Source of the DNA: a virus
Taxonomy: Duplodnaviria > Caudoviricetes
Length of the DNA stretch: 31,327 nucleotides
Virus record (IMG/VR): IMGVR_UViG_3300025718_000024
Coordinates: 1 to 31,327 of that record
Reading direction: 5' to 3' (one strand)
In this document: positions 27,085 to 31,327 of the stretch, in pieces
Layout of the letters: every line of letters begins with the position of its first letter
How positions within the stretch are numbered: position 1 is the first letter of the stretch
Notes under the pieces: generated by a model
Told to the model about the DNA's origin: nothing
The model's input: the letters and a program-made list of their open reading frames with translations, nothing else
Databases searched by the model: none
Made by a program: the position numbers and the translations under genes

Positions 27085-27206
27085 ATTTCCTCCTTGATGT
27101 TCTGGCCCAAAAGTGAGCGAATCAATTTAAGCACACACGGTGGGGGCGTGCTTATAGCAACTGGTATTAATGCAGCGTATCAGGTACCAACAGATACCAA
27201 GGGAGC

Positions 27207-27239
27207 GGTGCACGTAACCCCTCGCGCGCGCGGCAAAGT
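27207..27239 (+). promoter_or_regulatory. Putative late promoter, copy 5
   Basis: GGTGCACGTAA-N16-CAAAGT upstream of the tailspike and lysis genes. Confidence 0.75.
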
Positions 27240-27264
27240 AGGCCCAATTCACCGGAGTGCACCC

Positions 27265-29214
27265 TTGACAATTTCCAGCACCAACCGCAAGGCGGGTCCG
27301 TTCACTGGCGACGGGGTCGCGACTGCCTTCCCCTTCACGTTCAAAGTCTTCACCACGGCCGACGTGCTGGTGGTGCAGGCCGTCGCGGCCACTGGCGTCG
27401 AGACCGTTCAAGCGCTCGGCACCGACTACACCATCGTTCTCAACGCCGATCAGAACGCCAACCCGGGCGGCACGATCACCAGGCTCGTGGCGCCACCCGC
27501 AGGAACAACTCTCACGGCGACCAGCCAGGTTGGAAATCTGCAGCCGATGGACCTGACCAATGCGGGAGGCTTTTATCCAAAGGTTCTCAACGACGCGCTG
27601 GACCGGGCAACGGTGCAAATCCAGCAGCTCGCCGAGAAGCTCAGTCGAGCGCTGCAGCTGGTGGTGAGTACACCGACCGGGGTTACGGTCCAGCTTCCAG
27701 CGCCTGTTCCCAATAATATATTCGGCTGGAACGCCACCGGAACCGCGATCATCAATTACATCGCGCAGGCGGGCACATCGCTGGTCAATCTTGCCGCATC
27801 CGCTGGCGCGACCTTGATCGGCGCCACGGGAGGGTCTTGGATTACCGTGCAAGGGTTCATCTCGGCGTTGTTATCAGCCTCTGGTGCATCGCTGGTTGGG
27901 TATCAGCCTGCGGGGGCGGGTGCTATAGCGAATACGGTTCAGGCAGAACTTAACGCCCAGGCGGTAAATGTGTTTCGTTTCATGACTGCGGCACAAATCG
28001 CAGATGTGCAGGCGGGAACCCTACTTCTCGATATTTCTGGAGCGATCAGGCTGGCCATAGCATATCTCGGAACTAAGGGGTTGCTAATTTTCCCATCAGG
28101 GCGATATCGGATCACGTCTTCAATCGCTATTCCGAATAGCTGTTTCATTCGGTTTGCTGGTTTCGGAAATATCCCCTACCCATCAACCAGCCTATACATC
28201 GACTTCAATGGACCGGCGTTCACATCGGCAGCGGGAAACACATCTTTCTATTGCTTTGAAAACTTCTTTTGCTCACCTAATACCGGGGCAGCGTACACGT
28301 TAACCCAGCTAATTGCCGATAGTGGGACGTGTGTTCACGGAGAGTTTCACAACTTGGTTCTGAACGCATTCCCGGCAAAGGCGATGAATTTTGCCTATGA
28401 CTTTATGTGTTCATTCAAACACATACTTGTACAGGCATGCTCAGATTACGGCATTACTACGGGTGGAGGGGTGGGCTGCTATTTCGAGCGCGTAACCTGT
28501 GATCACACCGTAGCGGGGGGGCTTAACCTCACGGGTGCAGGATTTACGCTAAACGACTGCTATTGGGAGGACTGCTCACAGGACAACAACCCAGCGGGAG
28601 CGAATGCAAGCTGGTCGGATTTGCTGTTGAGTGGCGGGAATTTCACCATCACAGGCGGTTCAATATCCGCAAGCCCAACCAACAACAAGGCACCCATCAA
28701 ACTGGATCACGCGGCATTTGTCACGTTCGTGGGCTTCGTTCCTTACCAACTGGGAACGGGTGCGCCTGCGTATGTAAACCTGACAGCCAACGACTCAAGC
28801 GCGGTCATTATTGGGAATCCGGCGCTTACTGTGACTGGCACAACTACCAATGTCACGTACATCAAAAGCGGGTATGGAACGACCCCGCCAGATTTTGTTA
28901 TGGGGGGGGGTTCAGTTCGGAATTCGCTAGTGAAAGTGTGGGCGGTAGCGACTGGATCGACAGGCGCTTTGTTGCAAGGCAACGGTGGCGTAGCAGTGAC
29001 CAGGACGGCAGTCGGAACGTTCACACTGACATTCCCGACAACCACATTTTCAAACACAAATTACGCGGTTCAAATATGTTCAGACTCACCGAATGTGGTT
29101 TCATATCGGTACAACACAAAAGCCCTTGGATCAGTGCAAATCATATTCAACAACGCAAGCACCTCGGCGCTGCAAGATCCCTATGAGTTCAGCGCGGAAA
29201 TTGTCGGGATTTAA
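27265..29214 (+). CDS. Tail fibre/tailspike with T7-type N-terminal anchor and beta-helix-like receptor-binding region
   Basis: Start re-called to TTG 27265 (GGAG RBS). TISSTNRKAGPFTGDGVATAFPFTFKVF anchor; GASLVGY...AIRLAIA...LIFPSGRYRI beta-helix entry motif. Confidence 0.85.
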   Translation: MTISSTNRKAGPFTGDGVATAFPFTFKVFTTADVLVVQAVAATGVETVQALGTDYTIVLNADQNANPGGTITRLVAPPAGTTLTATSQVGNLQPMDLTNAGGFYPKVLNDALDRATVQIQQLAEKLSRALQLVVSTPTGVTVQLPAPVPNNIFGWNATGTAIINYIAQAGTSLVNLAASAGATLIGATGGSWITVQGFISALLSASGASLVGYQPAGAGAIANTVQAELNAQAVNVFRFMTAAQIADVQAGTLLLDISGAIRLAIAYLGTKGLLIFPSGRYRITSSIAIPNSCFIRFAGFGNIPYPSTSLYIDFNGPAFTSAAGNTSFYCFENFFCSPNTGAAYTLTQLIADSGTCVHGEFHNLVLNAFPAKAMNFAYDFMCSFKHILVQACSDYGITTGGGVGCYFERVTCDHTVAGGLNLTGAGFTLNDCYWEDCSQDNNPAGANASWSDLLLSGGNFTITGGSISASPTNNKAPIKLDHAAFVTFVGFVPYQLGTGAPAYVNLTANDSSAVIIGNPALTVTGTTTNVTYIKSGYGTTPPDFVMGGGSVRNSLVKVWAVATGSTGALLQGNGGVAVTRTAVGTFTLTFPTTTFSNTNYAVQICSDSPNVVSYRYNTKALGSVQIIFNNASTSALQDPYEFSAEIVGI

Positions 29215-29216
29215 TC

Positions 29217-29507
29217 ATGTCACTCAGCACCATCCTCGATTCAGTCCCGCAGGTCCCCCGGGACTACGCCAACCACTTCGTCTACGGCGGTGCGCTCGGC
29301 GCTGTTGCGGCGCTTGCTGCGCATGCCGCGGGCTTTCCCGTGCCGTTGTCCTGGCTGGGCGCGACGGCGGCGGTCTTCGGCCTGTGCGCGGTCAAGAAGA
29401 TCAGCGACTACCTGGTGAAGCATGAGACGCTTTCCGTGTGCGTCGGCAAGACCATCGTGACCGCGCTGCTGCCTGCGCTGTTCCTCGCTGCGAGTTACCT
29501 CAAATGA
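29217..29507 (+). CDS. Small multi-TM membrane protein
   Basis: DYANHFVYG followed by three hydrophobic segments. Confidence 0.7.
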   Translation: MSLSTILDSVPQVPRDYANHFVYGGALGAVAALAAHAAGFPVPLSWLGATAAVFGLCAVKKISDYLVKHETLSVCVGKTIVTALLPALFLAASYLK

Positions 29508-29809
29508 TCGATGCACAAACCGGCTTCAACGCCGCCATGGGATTGATCGCATTCTTGGGCGCGTGGGTGCTCAACCGCCTGAGCGCCGACATCAAGGCTC
29601 TTCAGGTGGCGGATGCTGATTTGGTAAAGGCAGTGCAACATATCGAGCTACTTGTCGCGGGCAGTTACGTCAAGCGGGATGACTTGGACAAGCTGACTGT
29701 TGCTCTCTCTTTGCAAAGCTGGACAAGATCGAGGGAAAGCTCGATGGAAAGGCAGACAAATGATGTATTTGATCGTATGGATGCACTGGCTCGAAAACTG
29801 GCGCAATGA
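29504..29809 (+). CDS. Single-TM coiled-coil lysis-region protein, probably frameshifted at (CT)4
   Basis: ATG 29504 (ATGA overlap), MIDAQTGFNAAMGLIAFLGAWVLNRL.... Removing 2 nt at 29703-29710 gives a C-terminus LFAKLDKIEGKLDGKADK with stop at 29763. Confidence 0.65.
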   Translation: MIDAQTGFNAAMGLIAFLGAWVLNRLSADIKALQVADADLVKAVQHIELLVAGSYVKRDDLDKLTVALSLQSWTRSRESSMERQTNDVFDRMDALARKLAQ

Positions 29810-30066
29810 CAACTATGAACTCTAAAAGCAATTGCATCCTATGGGCGGTTCCTCGTTGGCTGCGAAAGGCTGACCCGGGCGAAGAATCCTATCTTGTGAT
29901 CCGACGCAGCCGTATCGCATGGGGAATCCTACACATGCTGCACGGTACGCTGGACCCGAAAACCGGGCAGATCAAGCTGAACAGTTACAAACCGCCACCA
30001 GGCCATGTCAAGACCGGATTTGCTCCAGTCTTTCACGGTGAAGTTGTTGAAGGGGATCAACCATGA
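29806..30066 (+). CDS. Hypothetical protein
   Basis: 86 aa; stop overlaps the endolysin ATG. Confidence 0.65.
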   Translation: MTTMNSKSNCILWAVPRWLRKADPGEESYLVIRRSRIAWGILHMLHGTLDPKTGQIKLNSYKPPPGHVKTGFAPVFHGEVVEGDQP

Positions 30067-30536
30067 ATTTCGATGAGTCTTTCCAGCGCTTGCTAGGTTC
30101 GGAGGGCGGCTACAGCAATAACCCAAATGACCCAGGCGGAGCAACCAATTGGGGCGTCACGCAGTCCGTGGCGCAGGCCAATGGCTACGCAGGAGATATG
30201 CGCGACTTCACTCAGGACGCAGCGAAAGCAATTTATCGAAGCTCCTATTGGGATGCCTGCCAAGCCGATAACCTGCCCGACGAGGTTCGCTTTGATGTGT
30301 TCGATGGCGCGGTGAACAGCGGAGTCGGTCAGTCGGTGCGCTGGCTGCAACGGGCAGTAGGTGCTGACGCGGACGGCGTGATTGGGCCTAAGACGCTGGC
30401 TCTATGCGCTGCTCAATCAGGCATCTCGGGGCGCTACAACGGCTACCGGCTGATGTTCATGACTGGACTCAAGACCTGGCCTGTTTTCGGTGGCGGATGG
30501 GCAAGGCGTATCGCCAACAATTTGATTGGAGACTGA
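30063..30536 (+). CDS. Endolysin, glycoside hydrolase family 108
   Basis: EGGYSNNPNDPGGATNWGVT motif, FDGAVNSG, and peptidoglycan-binding-like DGVIGPKTL. Confidence 0.92.
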   Translation: MNFDESFQRLLGSEGGYSNNPNDPGGATNWGVTQSVAQANGYAGDMRDFTQDAAKAIYRSSYWDACQADNLPDEVRFDVFDGAVNSGVGQSVRWLQRAVGADADGVIGPKTLALCAAQSGISGRYNGYRLMFMTGLKTWPVFGGGWARRIANNLIGD

Positions 30537-30538
30537 TC

Positions 30539-31063
30539 ATGGAATGGAAAGACATATCAAAGATGGTGGGTGCTGCAGCTCCCATGCTTGGCACACTGCT
30601 GGGCGGCCCTCCTGGTGCTGCCATCGGTGCCATGATTGCCAGCGGCCTGGGTGTCGGAGCAACGCCCGACGAAGTGAGTCAAGCGCTCACGGTTAACCCC
30701 GATGCCGCCGTGAAGTTGAAACAGATCGAGGCGACCCGGCAGACCGAGCTGCAGGCGCTGGTCGTGTCAGCCGAGCAGAACCGACTCGCCGCCGACACGG
30801 CCACGATTCAGGCAGTCAACGCCACCATGCAGGTAGAAGCCAAGTCGGAGCATTGGCCCACCTACTCCTGGCGTCCGTTTGTCGGGTTTGTGTTCGGCAT
30901 CATGTTCATGGGTGTGTACTTTGTGCTGCCACTTGCGCACTTGCCCGTGCCGGTGGTGCCGACCGAGGCATGGCTGGCCATCGGCGGCGTGCTAGGAGTG
31001 GCGTCGTACTTCCGGGGAAAGGCCCAGGCTGATCCGGCCATCCAGACCAACAACCAAGGCTGA
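30539..31063 (+). CDS. 3TM-type holin-like protein
   Basis: Start re-called to ATG 30539 (GGAG RBS). APMLGTLLGGP...WRPFVGFVFG...GVLGVASYFRG. Confidence 0.75.
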   Translation: MEWKDISKMVGAAAPMLGTLLGGPPGAAIGAMIASGLGVGATPDEVSQALTVNPDAAVKLKQIEATRQTELQALVVSAEQNRLAADTATIQAVNATMQVEAKSEHWPTYSWRPFVGFVFGIMFMGVYFVLPLAHLPVPVVPTEAWLAIGGVLGVASYFRGKAQADPAIQTNNQG

Positions 31064-31064
31064 T

Positions 31065-31160
31065 ATGGGTCCCTTTGCCGTTCTGCTCGCGCCAGCGATG
31101 TTCGGAATTGCTGTGCTGATAACCTGTTTTCTGATGTGGATTGTTGGCCGGGATCGATGA
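31065..31160 (+). CDS. Possible 31-aa single-TM peptide
   Basis: MGPFAVLLAPAMFGIAVLITCFLMWIVGRDR; starts 1 nt after the holin stop. Confidence 0.4.
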   Translation: MGPFAVLLAPAMFGIAVLITCFLMWIVGRDR

Positions 31161-31163
31161 TCA

Positions 31164-31195
31164 TGCGGCAACGGTGCGGCAACGGATGCGGCAAC
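31164..31195 (+). repeat. Three direct repeats TGCGGCAAC; putative integrase arm-type sites
   Basis: Copies at 31164, 31175 and 31187; inverted TTGCCGCA at 31320-31327 on the other side of the tRNA fragment. Confidence 0.75.
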
Positions 31196-31223
31196 TACTA
31201 TATAAACCATAGCAGTAAAGCTA

Positions 31224-31279
31224 TGGTGCCCGGGGCCGGAATCGAACCGGCACGCCTTGCGGCGCGGGATTTTGAGTCC
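31224..31279 (-). other. att core: 3' fragment of tRNA-Leu(CAA), not an intact tRNA
   Basis: Minus strand GGACTCAAAATCCCGCGCCGCAAGGCGTGCCGGTTCGATTCCGGCCCCGGGCACCA contains a CAA anticodon loop, long variable arm, T arm and CCA. The D arm and 5' acceptor strand are absent. Confidence 0.9.
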
Positions 31280-31327
31280 GACTGTAAGACTAAGCTGGGC
31301 GGGGCTTGCAGCCCGATAATTGCCGCA

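Larger units (their letters stand above)
1..31327. mobile_element. Temperate podovirus-type (BPP-1-like) phage genome segment
   Basis: Continuous phage gene set: repressor/cro, primase-helicase, terminases, portal, capsid, tail tubes, ejection proteins, tailspike, lysis genes and att site. No host housekeeping genes. Confidence 0.95.

Noticed and set aside
10807-30538. Extended starts in the ORF track (10807, 14392, 19762, 26983, 29438, 30404)
   Set aside because: They overlap upstream genes; downstream starts with an RBS or ATGA coupling fit better.
27265-31327. Diversity-generating retroelement as in BPP-1
   Set aside because: No reverse transcriptase motifs and no TR/VR repeat pair seen; the receptor-binding gene looks like a beta-helix tailspike.
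31224-31327. Intact tRNA-Leu gene
   Set aside because: Similarity stops within the anticodon stem; the D arm and 5' acceptor strand are missing.

Overview
About 31 kb of a temperate, short-tailed (podovirus-type) phage genome. Its gene order resembles Bordetella phage BPP-1 (from recalled knowledge, not a search). From left to right: an early gene with 27-bp tandem repeats running off the left edge; a divergent repressor/cro switch; an HNH-like gene and small early genes; a primase-helicase followed by a nested inverted-repeat element (candidate origin); a small HTH gene; terminase, portal, scaffold, capsid, cement and tail tube genes; ejection proteins, including an SLT lysozyme and a 2238-aa polyvalent protein with ADP-ribosyltransferase and HExxH domains; an antisense lipoprotein moron; a tailspike; a lysis cassette; and an attP-like site made of the 3' half of tRNA-Leu(CAA) flanked by arm-type repeats. 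Most notable: (1) the repressor is split by a C17 homopolymer, a possible phase-variable lysogeny switch; (2) five exact copies of GGTGCACGTAA, each 16 bp before an nAnnnT hexamer, precede the late modules (candidate phage-specific promoter, with the adjacent HTH gene as candidate activator); (3) the major capsid protein carries a signal-peptide-like N-terminal leader. No reverse transcriptase/DGR, CRISPR array or integrase is visible in the window. All product calls rest on motif recognition and synteny only.
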